Positions 1-14,423 of a stretch of 64,000 bases of DNA are shown here, in pieces (within the stretch, counting starts at the first letter, position 1; each line of letters starts with the position of its first letter). Below the pieces are notes generated by a model. That model was given only the letters and a program-made list of their open reading frames with translations, was not told where the DNA came from and made no database searches. The stretch comes from Mytilus edulis (taxonomy: Eukaryota), in the NCBI RefSeq assembly GCF_963676685.1, contig NC_092345.1:38998001-39062000 (forward strand). The letters are read 5' to 3'. The position numbers and the translations under genes are program-made.

Positions 1-1611
1 ATATTTTTTATTTTATTTTACATTTATGTAAGTGGGGTTTGTCAATTTTGAACCAGGGGCCTGGGGCCGTGTCAATGAAAGTACCCTAAGATATGTCTTT
101 ATGACTTTATTTAGGATGGTCTTAGGACGTGTCTGAGACATGCCTTATGGTGTACAATCAAGCTATCGTAGGACAGTCCTAACTACCGTTGTCCTAAGAC
201 CATCCCAAACATTTGTTTAATCGATAAAAATATGTAGAGAACATTATAAAATTGACATGTATTTTTATTGTATTTCAGTAAATTTGTAAAGGGAGAGAGG
301 TTGCATCTTTTATGAAAAAAATTAACACATTTTTTTTTTCAAGTTATACTAATAGACTGGTTATTGTAGACTATGTAAAAAGTATAAATCCATTTCAACA
401 GGCGATATTCGTGCTGCGATTTATCTATTTAAACCAAAGTTTTGTCCTATGGTCCACCCAATTTCATTACATGAACAGTATAAGCCTAAGTTAAAAAAGA
501 AATCAAACTTTTCTGCAAATTCGAATTAAAATGTTTTCCACATTTTAATTATTATTGCACAATTTGGTAAGATGCAAACAATGTTGCTAATGATGATAAA
601 ATTATCGATCTTCCAAAAAGGCAGCACGAATTATCTTAAACGAGCGTAATAATATGACATCGGCAGACAAACTTTTTGGAGAGCTACCATTGATGCCCAT
701 TTCATATGATTTTGTATAAAGAACAGCAGTTTAAGTTTTTGATGAACTTCACCAAATGAATCCGGAATAGCTCAAATCATTTATAAATATGCACCATGTA
801 AGTTTTAGAACACCTAGACAGAATACAATTGAGAAAGGAAATGGGGAATGTGTCAACCCGACCATAGAGCAGACAACAGCCGAAGGCCACCAATGGGTCT
901 TCAATGTAGCGAGAAACTCCCGCATCCGTAGGCGTCCTTCAGCTGGCCCCTTAAAAATATGTAAGACGTCGCGTACGGTGTTGGTGTTAGTTTTGGTAAC
1001 ATTAATTTGACGTTATTTTTCATGCATTGTATAAATAACGTCGTACTGTAAATGAAACGTCGCACGATACTGGTGTCACCTAACGTTGTACACACTCAAA
1101 GGCCAAAATAAAAACGTTGGAATGCATGTTGTTCAGATGGCTTTTTACAAAAAAAATTAAAGGTTTGAAGTTTTTTTCCTAAGAAAGGATTTAATTGTTT
1201 TTTCTTAGATAAAAGATGTTAAGCTTTAGTTTTATTAACAAATTAAAAATAAAAAAGTAACTTGAATTGAAACCATTTGTTTTATATACATTTTAATTAT
1301 AAAGACAATCGATTACTTTTTCTATGGATAAACTATGCACTGCAAATTCACTCATCTTTGCACTCCAGAATGTCAAGGCGAAAGGCCTACGGCTTATCTA
1401 GCATGTTAGTTCTGCACAAATATATGCAAGGGAATTAGCGGGAACAATTATTATTGCTGTTTTTTTTTCTATTAATTTGTATTATAGCGGATCCGACTAT
1501 TATAGTCCGGAAAACACTTCAGTTCCGCGAGAAAATCTCTCCCAACCCCTTCTTTATGAATCGGTAGAGCTTCCACATAAAACATTAATTTTAAAGTTTT
1601 CTTATTAATTA

Positions 1612-2327
1612 TGCGGGGTTCACACATTGCCGATTATTACTCCCGTTTGAGATCAGACAGCGATACGACACGAAAAGTGAAAAAGTCGGATTAGTATCCT
1701 CAATTATCTGGAATGTCCTATTATTGTCTGAACGCAGTCGTTTTAGTTCGTAATAGATTCCTACTGGTCGGGAAGGGTCCGAATAATTTCGGCAAAAGCA
1801 CCCCGACAGTTAGGTGCGTCCCGTAACATTTGGGGAAACTCAGCCGATTTTGTCTAGTCGTATTACAATCGTGCCTATGTCGTGACAGATTCTGCTGTAT
1901 CGGATCGAATTCCTAACAATGTTCTGTGTATTCGGAACGGTGTCCTGTGGAACGGTCTGGAGAAATTTGTTCGAACGGATAACTTCCGTCAGCGTCGGTT
2001 CACTGTCTTGTCACTATCTAATCTCTGTCGGATTACATTCGGTAGAATCGGGACGCAGTCGTGACAGACTCGGTCGAATTTTACCTGGCGAAAGATACAA
2101 ATCGGATTAGAAGCGGATTTAGAACGGGATTATCGGGATAAATTCGATTGGAAACGGTTGAATATCGACGCTTCCTGAACAATATCTGATTGTTGTCGTG
2201 ATTAAATTTTTAAAGTTTGAATTTACATCCACGATTCATAGGATCTTGATCAGACTTTTGATAAATTTTAATCGGGAATGGTCCTGTCAAGGACGGCAGT
2301 AAAAATCGTGAATGTGTGACCCCAGCT
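1612..2327. mobile_element. Harbinger-type MITE
   Basis: TIRs GCGGGGTTCACACATT / AATGTGTGACCCCAGCT with TTA/TAA flanks; CG-rich subterminal sequence. Confidence 0.7.
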
Positions 2328-4682
2328 TAAGCAACAAAATAAAATAGCCGTATTCCAAATCGTCTGTGAAAACCGCAATAATGACAATTAGACGGAACGT
2401 TAGAAGTATATTTTATTAAATAACGTCAAAATCGTATGTGGGGACATTGTATCGGACATTTTAGTTTTATCTGATATCTCGTATATTATATTTAATTTAT
2501 GGGAATTTAATATCAAAATAGAGCTAATTTTTTGTACTTTTATCCATTATAATTTGTTTTATGTAGCGAATGGCACTGTATTAAATAAACATCATGAAAA
2601 AACAGAAAACGTAACCATACGTGTAATTTAGTTTGAAGGGGACAAAATGTCGGACATTGCTATTCAACTCGAATAATAAGAATTTATTTTTAAAAATCCT
2701 GATTATTGCATGAGGCGAAAGTGTGATCTTTGTACAAAATACTGGTATAAGAATTATTTACTTTCGACATGGGGATTACTCTGAAATTCCCTTTTTTGAG
2801 ACAATTTAACAAAAATTACGGCAACCTTTCGTGCATGGGACAAATAATTTGTATCATCTTGATCCCTTTTTTTTTTTTTATATTTCCGTCTTTTCGAGAG
2901 AAAAAAAACGACATTACGTCATCGCCCAATTATGAATTGCTTGTTCTAGACAAACTTTTATATCGTTTGGTAATAAAATTTATATGTTTTTTTACGGTAT
3001 TCAGACTTTCACAAAACTAAAAGTGTAACGCGGGACAAGGAAATCATATTGCAAAATAAAGGTTTTATTGAGTTTTAATTAATGAAAATGGTCTGTTACA
3101 TATACAAAATTGCAATAATTTGAAAGAAGAGTTTAAAAGCTTTAAAATGATATACAACACTTTATAATATCAATTTTTATGTTTAAAGATTAATAAGATG
3201 AATGTGTCTTATCCGTGATTTTACCAAAGTAGCACCAGTAGCGTGCGACGTTTTTTCATTTCGTGCAGCTCACGGCATAATTTATATGAGCGGATTGCTT
3301 GACTTGTTACGTATGGAACCAAAAAGCAAAAGTAGCACATATTTCGTAGGGAGCAGTTAAATTAAAACAGATAATTAATTTATTAATATAGTATCCCCTT
3401 GGAGCAAAGATATTTTCTCTTTCTTTTGATTGTAACTGTCTTTTTTGCTGCTTTCTTTTAGCCACTTTTGATAGTTTATGGATAAAAATGTAAGTTGAAG
3501 CGTTTGTTGCAATACCTGTGTTGATTGAGTATCAATTGTTGAAAGCAAATTTAAAATTTACAACAACAAAAATAATTTAATCTTATTTTCCAACTGCATA
3601 TACGAAAGGAAATCTAATCTCAACAATGAACAAGTTAACCGATACAGTTATTAATCTTAATTAGTTTCGATGAAAATATGTTGAGAAATTGTATAAAAAA
3701 GATTCATAAAAAAAAGTTATGATTTTGCATGAGATATTTGCCACGCAGTGCACTCACTACATGTCAAATCATAGAGAACGTAACTTCAAAACGAGTAAAA
3801 AGTATGGTGTGACATTATGACTAGACAAAGTAACCGCTGACTGTGTCGTGTATACTTTCGACATATAGTAGAAAATGGGTTCAAATAAATCCCTGGAATG
3901 TATATTTTAAAGTTATATTGTATTGTTTGTGCTACTATAATTTCAAAAATTTCCCCTCTAAAACTGTAGTATATGACTATATCCATATTTGTAACAAAAT
4001 GTAAAAAAAAAAACGCGGCGTTTTGTGACATTTTGACTAGACACAAACAAAAAGATCGCGTTTATTTTCTTTTTATTATTTTCTCTTGAAACTTCTACAA
4101 ATTTTATTTTCATTCACTTAAAAAAACATCTTTACACGCTTAAACAAAATTTCAGATCGTAGAAAAGACCGCAAATGCCAATTGTTTTTCATAAGGCACT
4201 TAATTAAGAAATACGCCGAAACGTCAAAAGACAGCAAGTGTGACATTTAAACGGACTTCATAAAATTATCAATTTAGGACATAAATTATACAATATTTCC
4301 TAAAAGAAGACATAGAATATTTTATATTTATTGTACAATTTTGACAGAGGAAGAGTGGATATGTAAATTGTGATTTGGGTCTGCAGCATTTGTTCGAATT
4401 TTGAGGAGCTCTTTATAAAATGAGAGATTTGAGTTTTGTGACAGAAATTAAAAATTCCAATAATTATAAATTCTGCCACGATACTTTGAAATATTGTAAC
4501 AACACTTTTTATTTTTTAACCTTCTTATATACGAAATAAAATGATGTCCTATTTTCGGAATAATCTATTTAAATTATCACTCTTAACTTCTCCCGTATCC
4601 ATATCTTTTTACTATTTTCGACTTGGCCACAAAACAAAGTCACACCTGTCCAGTTAACGGTTACGTCATAAATAAAACATAC

Positions 4683-5562
4683 GCCATCACCGTGTATCAT
4701 CGTACAGCGGATATAGGTACTAACCAAGCGGGCGTGAGCGATTTTGGTCTTACACGGTAACGAAAAATCTTTGTTTTGTTCACATAATATCAATGTGCAC
4801 TTCAATCTAAACATAATTGCTGTTTTAAGAAATGATTTGGTCGTAGGTTGATGATTAGAGATGTCTCATTATTTTCCCAAAACAAGAGGGATTACTAAAA
4901 GCATGTGCAAATACTTGTAAAAGAAGTTGGCCCTCGTCTCATCCGATATAATTCTATACTCATTGCAACTCTTTTTCTGATAGAAGGTCAATGTGTGTGT
5001 GTGTGTAATAAGTATAGCTGTTTCAATAATTGGCATTGAAATCTTTCATACATATGTTATTTTTCGATATTTTATCCCTAAAGAAGCGTTGTGTACGGTG
5101 TTTAGCTGACCACATAAACCTACGGTGCATAGTTAAGTTGTTGTACACCGTACACAAAAACTTTATTTTCATACTCGTTTATTACCCAAAAGGTTTCAAG
5201 GAATGAGTAATCACAGGTAGGTTTATGATTGGTAACTATTAATTTTGCCCTGTATTAGGTTTCTTTCGGATAAAACATATAATTGTCTCAACAACTGTAT
5301 CGAAATTGAAAGTTGGTGTTGACATTCACAACTATTTGCGCATGTACAAGTTAATTGTTCTTATTAGAATATCAAAGTTGTTTTATGAATAGGAAAAAAA
5401 TCGATGCGAAAATTATTTGGGGGCAGGAATTTCAAATGTTGAGAAATGTACATTGAATATTGATAAAGCAAAACAAAGATTTTCGTTACCATGTAAGGTC
5501 AAAATCGATCATGCCCGCTTGGTTAGTACCTATATCCGGTGTACTGATGATACACGATGGCC
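4683..5562. mobile_element. MITE with ~90-bp inverted termini
   Basis: GTGTATCATCGTACAGCGGATATAGGTACTAACCAAGCGGGC... (from 4692) is the reverse complement of ~5470-5556. Confidence 0.6.
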
Positions 5563-8500
5563 ATGAGCATCAAAGGCTGCTTTTTTAGGGATATAACTTT
5601 TTGTATATAAATTTAAACACTGACAAGACTAGCTCCAAAGCAACGGGGGTCGTTGTTTGCGGTGTTACTTGTCCACACGCGCAAAATCAGTTATTAGGGA
5701 TCATTCGAGTTACAAAATGAAAATAGTGTATTTATTTAAAGGCATATTCCATGTCTACTCTTAATAACGCACATTTTGATGTATACATGTATATAGTGAT
5801 CAATTCCGAAACTTCGAACAAATGCAATAGAAGCGAACTGGAAATAAAACGTCGCATTATCACCAACACCGTACGCGACGTATATACTAGTACAGTGATA
5901 ATGGACGTCATACTAAACTCCGAATTATACACAAGAAACTAAAATTAAAAATCATACAAGACTAACAAAGGCTAGACGCTCCTGACTTGGAACAGGCGCA
6001 AAATTGCGGCTCGGTTAAACATGTTTATGAGATCTCAACCCTCCCCCTATACCTCTAGCCAATGTAGAAAAGTAAACGCATAACAATACGGACATTCAAA
6101 TTCAAAGAGAAGTCCGAGTCCGATGTCAGAAGATGTAACAAAAGAAAATAAATAAAATGACAATAATACATAAATAACAATAGACTACTTGCAGTTTTAA
6201 AACTGACATGTCAGCTCCAGACCTCAGTTAATTTGATTGAAAGATTATGTCTTCATCATATGAATATCCGTGAGGCACAATCCCTCCCGTTAGGGGTTTA
6301 GTATCATACTTTCATAAAATATATGAGAAGAACATAACCCGTGTCATGCCTTGTTATATGCTTATTATTTTTTAAAAATCAAATTGAATACTAGAAACGA
6401 TACTTGTTGATATCTGGAAGTATTTGATGGATCAAATTTGTCTACAAACTTAAAAAAACGAAACAAAATTGAATATTTAACATGTATTGAAGATTTTATT
6501 TTTTTTTAATTAGTTTAATTGTACTTTCAGTATAATAGTGTAATATTGTATTGGTATTTTCATTAGTTGATTTTATTTCGATTAAGGACATCGTGACTAT
6601 CCTAAGACACCTATTCAAATATCCTAAAATTAGGACCAAATTTAGGACAAATCATATTTTAGGAAACTTTTGTTAACTGACTTAGGACTAAGGCGTGTCC
6701 TAAGACCACCATAAGACACGTCCTAGTCATAAGACAGCTTCGTCGACAAGACCCCTGTTTTTTTAAAGTATATTATGACTACGAAATGTCTTAAGATGGT
6801 CTTAAACAGAATAGTTTTCATAATTAATTAGTAGCTTTTGAAACACATATCCATGGATTTATGAGTTTTGAACAGCGGTATACTACTGTTGCCTTTATTG
6901 ATGGGTCATTATCAAAAAAAGTGCAAATTTCGACGAGATAACATTTTGAAAAATGATGTCATTGTTCAATACATTTAAATGTGTTCCGCTATTTTATAGT
7001 ATGGTAGCAACGATATTCAGAAATATGCAATTAGAAAAATGAAGAGTTCCTTCAATTTTAACAATTTTAGGTCATGCTGACAGAATCGTGTCAATGGTGT
7101 TACCAATTTAAATCATACATTTAGCTACTAAATATTATTGTTTAACATCAAACAACTGTTCCAATTTGTTGTTTAAGTTAAAATTACGACTTATTGACAT
7201 TATTCATATAGCTGTGCATTCTATTCAAAAATAATTTCAGAATACATTGTTGTAAAAAAGTTGGCTGTCCTAATCATGGCCGTTGTAAATACTAAAATAT
7301 GCACCTAAATGAATATATGTGAATTGTGAAATTAAATGATAATAATATACCTAATCATTCGTACACGACCTAAAAACACTTATATTTATGAATGTCGCAT
7401 TTTTATATAGTAACACCACTGACCCTTCAGTAACTCCAATGACACAAAAGTATCACCATTGACATCACATTTCAAATGTTACCTTTGTTAAGTTCTGAAC
7501 ACAGAGCCAAGAACACCGAGTAAAAGAAAAAGATAAAAGAATAATTCTTAGGCTAAAATATCTCAAATTATATAACATACCATCAATAACTAAAAATGTC
7601 AATAATGTTACTAAAAAGTGTCATTAATGTTACCAGCATACATCAGTTTGTGAAAACTTTGTATATATGTAGTCAACACATATTATTCAGTATTCTCTCT
7701 TGAATTATAATTATGATTTTCTACTCAGAAGGCAATAGTACTAAAATACTTTAATGTAGTTGAGACTTAAAGATACAAGTGGATAGCCAGGATAGATTTT
7801 ACAACGAAAAACAATGTAGAGGGAAAATTCCTCTATAAACAATACCCTATTTTCAAAGGAGACGATCGAAATTTAAAACTTCAAAATGATACTCAACTAA
7901 TGAAATGATCTTAGTATTTATCTTTTAAAAGAAAAGAAGAAGATCTTATTTATTATAAAAAATAAAATCATCTAAGCTTACTCGTTTAAACGCGTTAGCT
8001 AACTCGTTAAAACTCTTCCGTACTAAGCCAACTCGTTTAAACGACATAGCTAACTTGTTTAAACGACTTAGCTTCATCGTTTAAACAACTTAGCTAACTT
8101 TTTATAACGAGTTAGATTAGCTTAATCAATGGGTCATTATCAAAAAAACATGCAAAACTATGTTATTTGCTCTTTTTCAGACACAGACATGAAAATATAT
8201 ACAAAAAAAAAAAAAAACAACACTTGTATATGTTAGATATGAACATTTTGTGATACACTATATACAGTTTACAGTATGAAATGTTATAAAAACATCCTTC
8301 ATGTTTTCTTAAACCCTTGGATATAGCAACAATTAGCTGTTATTTTGTTTTATTATAAATCCTTTCAGACCTGAAATAGGACTGTTATTCATATCATTTG
8401 TTATTAGTATTTATCACTTTTTATTGCATTTTGAAACATACAAACATTTTTTAACGATTTGGGAGGTGTATGTTGGTTTTATAATAAAAAAAATCACCAA

Positions 8501-9032
8501 AAGGAAGTCTCATTTTTGAAGTCAATGGTGTAAGCAAAAAACAGATTGGTAGGGTAAGAGTTATCTTTCAAGATTTCAGCATTTACAATAGTTTCTCCCT
8601 TGGCAATATTACCTGTAAACATGTTATGCAAAAGAAAACAAACATTTATGTTGAAAATTTAGTGAAAAAATCTTCAAATTAAGTAGAAGCTATATCGTAA
8701 TTGGAAATAGTGTCCATGGTGTACCCTTTATAAAACTCATTTTCCGATAGATTTCCCGAAAACGCCAGACATACGCCAACATACGTTACTTGAACGCCCG
8801 ATAAACGCTTAGGTACGCCTCTCGTTCTTCCAATACACGCTTAAAGCTCGTTGTGCACACGATACAGATATGATTGACATTTTGAATGCATCCAAAATTA
8901 CCAGCGTATTGGAAGCGTACATGAATTTTTAACATGCCCGGCGTACGTCGGAGCTATACGCTAATGTGTGACGCCGGTATTAGCAAAATTTTGTACATTT
9001 TTTGTTATAACATGTACGAGTTAGTTGGTTTA

Positions 9033-9462
9033 CTTTTGTAGACGAAATGTGCGTCTTGCGTGCATATGAAATTCAATCCAGGGATCTATGATGAGTTAAT
9101 TTACAACCACTGGGTCGATGCCATGACTGGTGGAGATTTATTTCCCCGAGGGTATCACCAGCCCAGTAGTCAGCACTTCTGTGTTGACTTGAGTTATCAT
9201 TTATATGTTTCATAATTATAAATTTACTGGTAACAACATTTTGAATTTTTGAAATACTAAGGCTTTTCTACCTCAGGAATAGATTACCTTTGGCAAAGCT
9301 TTTAGGAATTTTGGTCCTCAATACTCTTCAACTTCGTACTTTATTTGGCCTTATTAACATTTTTTATTCGAGCGTCACTGATGAGTCTTTTGTAGACGAA
9401 ACGCGCATCTGGCGTAAATATGAAATTTCAATCCTTGTATCTATCATAACGATGAGTTTATT
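9033..9462 (+). ncRNA. Retrozyme: ~354-nt monomer bounded by type I hammerhead ribozyme motifs
   Basis: Full hammerhead at 9372-9415: GCGTCA CTGATGA GTCT-TTTGT-AGAC GAAAC GCGC ATC TGGCGT. A partial upstream copy (TTTTGTAGACGAAATGTGCGTC, 9034-9055) lies exactly 354 nt earlier. The body matches the copy at 48147. Confidence 0.85.
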
Positions 9463-10202
9463 TACAGTTAGCCGAACAGACGATGAGTATAACGGGTCAC
9501 GAAACCGTCAGTCAGTCAGTTACTTTTCACATTTCGGGGGGATTTTTAAGGTAAAGAAATATATTGATACCTTATACTTCTACTAGTTGTGCGTGTTTGG
9601 AAACTTTAACAAACACAATGAGACAAATGTACTAGGTGTCCAAGTATGAAATCTCATTTTTGAATTTGGTTTTGCTTTTTTACCTTGAAACTGAGATCTA
9701 AAATTTATTCAGATCGTGGTTTGGTCGCGGTATGTGCGGCATTGAAATGTAAATTTTTGTTGTTTTCACGATGTTCAGTTAAGTATTTTTGTGATTTTAC
9801 TTTCAGACGATCGCACCTGTGGAGGTTAAAAGTATGATATTTTCGCTAATATAAACAAACACGTCTGTTCAGTTGGAAAGCAAGTCCATAACTTTTAATA
9901 ACAACTCAAAGAGCCCACGGCGACGTCACTGAAGTCACCAACGTCGCCAATGGTAATGTAAAAACTTAGGAACGTCGTAATCCCGCGGTAATCTCGACAT
10001 ACTGGGGGCCGCAAAAAGTGCAAATTATCTTAAATTTCACATTAACTGTCCATATTTGTAAATAAATCAAATTAAAAAAGTCTCTATCTCCATGAATGAA
10101 CTAAATTGAATTAACTAAGTTCTTGTTCACATAAATGAAAAATTGAATTAACTTCGAAAGTCCTTTTCAAAATTGTTAAGTAGTCTTCTTCATCATGTTC
10201 GT

Positions 10203-12405
10203 CTATGATTGGTAATTCGTACGCTTCCGTATCTTCTTCCGGACCTTGGCACTTGCTAATCGTCTAGATTGAGAACTTCTGTGTGTTGTGTTTAGAGAGG
10301 TTTTTATATCGTGTTCCTCTGGTTTGTACGAAACAAGAATGCTTAATATGCTGGTACATATCAATGCGTGTTCGCTTTTGTCCCTTATTGAACCGGAAAG
10401 TAAGAAACCTAACTTTGACTTTACGGCGGTTGGACCATTTCCTCTTACGACTTCATTCTCGACTAAGTCCCAGTAGTAGTCTGCTCTGATTAATAACGAT
10501 ATTTCGAAAGACTCTTCCTGTGTTACTGGATGTGCTAACTTAAGTCCCCGTAAATAATTCAGTCCTCTGTTGATGTGGCGAATATTGTTCTGCAAAGGTA
10601 CGGCAATCATTGGTACAATTAGAACGTGTATCGGTATTTTCTGTCCTGCATTTGATTCTACGAACACTGTTGATTTATCTAAATGTCGTACGTTTTTGTT
10701 TCTATCTCCAAATGACGATAATTGTAGAATTTCAATTCCCTCTGTATGTAAATTAAGTTTTCTTGCTAAATCTTCGGTCACAAATGATCGCTGTGATCCC
10801 TCGTCAAAAAGTATATGGGTATCTATACATAAGTTGTCTGACCATACTGGTGCGACGGCAGCTTTCAAAGGTACATGCGTGCGTACGTCATTTGACGAGG
10901 AGTGTAGAATTGTAGTGTCCTCTTCTTTCTGATTTGTATCATTTACAATATTTACAGAAGTCTGATTCAAATTTGGTGAGTTCTGTAAATGTCTATTGCT
11001 AATAGGAAAATTCGTATTATGTGGGCTGTCATTTGCATTTTGCTGGATATGTCTGCTGGTGTCATTATCATGGGCAATGTTGCTGTTAAATGGGTTATCG
11101 GTACACATACTTGTGTGATGTCTTTTATTGCAAATGCGGCAAAACTGATTTGAATAACATTCGTGTATACGGTGTGTACCTAGACAGTTGAAACACAATT
11201 GTTCGCGTTTTACAATATCCATGCGTGTTTCTAGATCAGATACATTCATGCAATGCGCTGGTGCGTGTAAATCGTGACAGAATACACAAGGTTTATATTG
11301 CAAATTCTGGTGTGTATGTCTCGTATCTAGAGTTTGGTTTGGTGGTTTTATCCATTTTGTCCCGGTAAAGAAAGACGATGCACTTGGTAAATTGTTAGAA
11401 GTTTCAGTGTCTTGTCCCGCGTCAATTATGTTTATTTCATTGCAAATACTTTCCCGGAGGTCTCGTAATAACCAGTTTTCTGTTCCATGTTCACGGGCAA
11501 GGTTTTTTTTAATTTCTCCCGGTAATTTATTCAAAATAATTGGTACAAGTAGTGTTCCGTACGAGTCTTGTGATTGGCCTAAAGATTCTAGCCCTCTTAC
11601 ATAAGTTTCCATTTGATCATAGAATTGTCTCAAACTGACAAGATGGTTTCGTGGTGATGGAATTTCTAATAATGCTTGAATGTATACTTGCGTGATTTTG
11701 TGTTGTTGTCCGAATCTCTCCTTTAATAAATAATGGCGTCTGCGTAGTTTGCATTAGTAAGTGCAAAACCAGCTATGGTGCGTAATGCTTCATTTTGTAA
11801 CTGCGCTTTGAGGTAATTAAATTTCTGGACATCGGTCAATGAAGGGTTTATATGTATGGCGCATTCATACGAATCCCAGAAAGTTTGCCACTCTAATATA
11901 TTCCCTGTGAATATCGGAAGTGAGAGTTTGGGTAAGTAGTGATTCTAACTGCTTGAGGATGTATACAAATTTATATTAGTACTCACTGTGTTACTAGCTT
12001 GAGAGAACGGATTTTGTGACGACTGCGTGCATGAGTTTTCTATGAGGTTTGCTGAGACGAACGGATGAGAGTCAACATTTAATATTTGCGATGAAGTATC
12101 ACTCTGACGTGTCTTTGATGTGGTATGAGTATCTTGAATAAAATTTCTTATGTGTCTTATTTTTGGTTCTAACGTATCTGAGTCTAGAATTTCACTTTCA
12201 ATATCTTCTGCTTCCGCTAGGTTGAGTATCTGCTCATTCAAATTGTTCAGTATCTTTTGCTTCTGAAGAAGGTTTTCAAATGTTGCGTTCAATTCTTCTG
12301 GATCGAAATCTGTATCTTGCTTCGCTGCATCTATCTTCCGAATAAGTTTTGTAACAGCACTTCTGTTCCCTGATCTTATCGACTTGAGCTTGTATAACCC
12401 CGTGA
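10203..12405 (-). pseudogene. BEL/Pao gag (DUF1759, Cys-His knuckles) plus aspartic protease; disrupted
   Basis: LPKLSLPIFTGNILEWQTFWDSY (DUF1759), CVFC..H....C / CFNCLGTH / CRICNKRHHTSMC knuckles, and protease motif LFDEGSQRSF. In-frame stop at 11945 and frameshift near 11730. No RT, RNase H or integrase. Confidence 0.88.
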
Positions 12406-12739
12406 TTCCCGGTATCACTCCGTGAACTTCGGCACGGGTTACATTAAAGTCTGTAGGTCTATAATCGACACTATGGCTGCTTTGAACGCAAGACCGTATA
12501 AAAATATATACAAATTTATTCACACAAGTTTACAGTTCGAAAGCAAGGGGAAGACTGCCCCAGCAACAGTTTACAAAACATAAATTAATTCAAAGATAAG
12601 GGTATTAAAACATTATAAAAGGTTCTTATAAAATATAAATATACTTGTCCAATGTTATGTAATAATAATAGGATTATTGTCCTCAGGCTAAACTTTTTAA
12701 AATAGCGATAATTGTTTTTGTAGTTCGAGTGTTAGATAC

Positions 12740-14138
12740 AAATCAAATCAAATCAAATCAAATATTTTATTATAGTCTCACCTCTCTACATGTACAATAC
12801 AAACATGAATACAATATATACAACATGTTTTAATTAAAAGTACAAAACAATCTTAAAAACATTCGAGAGCCACTCTCAAAAGAGTTATGAGAGACTTTTA
12901 CATAAAAAGGACAGCTCGATAAAAATACAAAACATTTTTTATCTATATAAAACATTCTTCCTTTGAATTAAAATATCATGGCAGATTTTGGCAGAATAAA
13001 AGCACAAATTTTCATTTGTAAATAAAAATATAAATTTTTCATCATCATTTAAGTCTAAAAAATCAATATTAAAAGAAACTGCTCTAGTAAAAACCTCTTG
13101 TCTTGCATGTGAATATAAAGGGCATTTGAGTAAAACATGTTTCTCATCTTCAATGAGTTTCTGTTGCATACATGAATCATTAAAACAAAATCTATTTTCA
13201 CTTAAAACCCCTTCATATCTGCCTGTTTCAATTCTTATTGGCGCCACACCACATCGAAATTTAGCAAAGGCGCTTTTATATTTTCCTGGCATATGAACAC
13301 TTAAATAATGTTCTTTATAATATTCTTGTTTAAATAATCTATATGTACGCAGTTTACTGCGCTCATTTGTGTTTAAATCATTACACCATTTTCTCTTGTA
13401 CATATCAAAAACATTACTTTCAATATTCTTAATATCATTTTTACTAAAAGTACAGTTTATATTACAAAAATTTTCAATATTAAGTTCTCTAAATTTACTA
13501 TGAACTCTAAAATTCCAGTTTTTAATTTTACTGTTACATATTCTATTTGCCCATAAAAACACTTTTTTATTAAGTCTGGTATCATTCATTTTCAAAAATC
13601 TTGACCAATTTCTAAAAATACATGACCATTGTTTAATTATACATGGCATCCAGCCCGTATCTCCATATAATGATAAATTTGGGGTATATTTTCCAACACC
13701 CATAAAAAATCTCATGGCTCTATTTTTAATTGCATTAATACATGTAAATTCCCTAGCTCCCCATATTGAGGCACCATATTCAATAACTGACATAACCAGT
13801 GTATCAAAAAGTTTTGTAAAAATTGAAAACTCAAAACCACCATTAGCTTTACTTTTGGCAATTAATAAACCTAATGCCCTACTGGCAGACTTAGCAACAG
13901 CTTTTGCCATATCTATATATTTCAAATATTCATTTAACACTAGTCCCAGATATGTATATTTTTCTACAATATCTATGCTATTATCATTAAACATAAATTG
14001 AAACTTTGTTCTTTGTACTGACTGGGGTCTAAAATGAACAATTTTTGACTTGCTTAAATTTACAACAAGATCATTAGTGTTACACCATTGACTTAAAATG
14101 TCTAATATTTTTTGTAAATCTTTTTCATTATCACACAT
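12740..14138 (-). mobile_element. 5'-truncated non-LTR retrotransposon (CR1/L2-group), RT C-terminal half, nested in the BEL element
   Basis: 399-aa ORF with NLSKSKIVHF, YTYLG, KLRTYRLFK, IETGRY and terminal CxxxxC..EDEKHVLLKCPLY; (ATTTG)n tail at 12740-12763. Confidence 0.88.
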
Positions 14139-14327
14139 AAATACATGTATTATCTCTCACACTTTTGACAGCCATCGGATTAAGTTGTAAAATAGTAAAT
14201 CTACATGTATAATCACTTTGGATATTTGAAATAAGAAACATTATATTTAAGAAAAGGGAACATTGAAAACAAGAAATATTCAACTTGAAACTAAAATGGG
14301 AAATAATCAATTTAAAACGAGAGTTCA

Positions 14328-14423
14328 TATAAATAATCAATTCAAAACGAGAGTTCATATAAATATTTAATTCAAAACGAGAGTTCATATAAATATTTAA
14401 TTCAAAACGAGAGTTCATATAAA
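14328..14423. repeat. 30-bp tandem repeat, ~3 copies, in the BEL 5' leader
   Basis: Repeated AATTCAAAACGAGAGTTCATATAAATA unit. Confidence 0.8.

Larger units (their letters stand above)
967..5880. mobile_element. Non-autonomous TIR DNA transposon inserted in a TA-rich site (Tc1/mariner-like?)
   Basis: Perfect TIR (A)CGTCGCGTACGGTGTTGGTG / CACCAACACCGTACGCGACG(T). The empty site (ATATAT) is visible in other copies of the host repeat. No transposase ORF. Confidence 0.7.
825..6350 (+). repeat. Abundant dispersed repeat (AATTGAGAAAGGAAATGGGG... family) split by a 4.9-kb insertion
   Basis: Joining 825-960 to 5881-6350 gives the same sequence as uninterrupted copies at ~42475-42705 and ~63370-63650. 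Confidence 0.75.
64..6754. mobile_element. PIF/Harbinger-like non-autonomous element (CTTAGGAC-rich subterminal repeats), expanded by nested insertions
   Basis: Imperfect TIRs GGGCCGTGTCAATGAAAG / CTTCGTCGACAAGACCC. CTG flanks both ends (61-63, 6755-6757) as a 3-bp TSD. Subterminal cttaggac/gtcctaag motifs occur at both ends. Confidence 0.65.
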
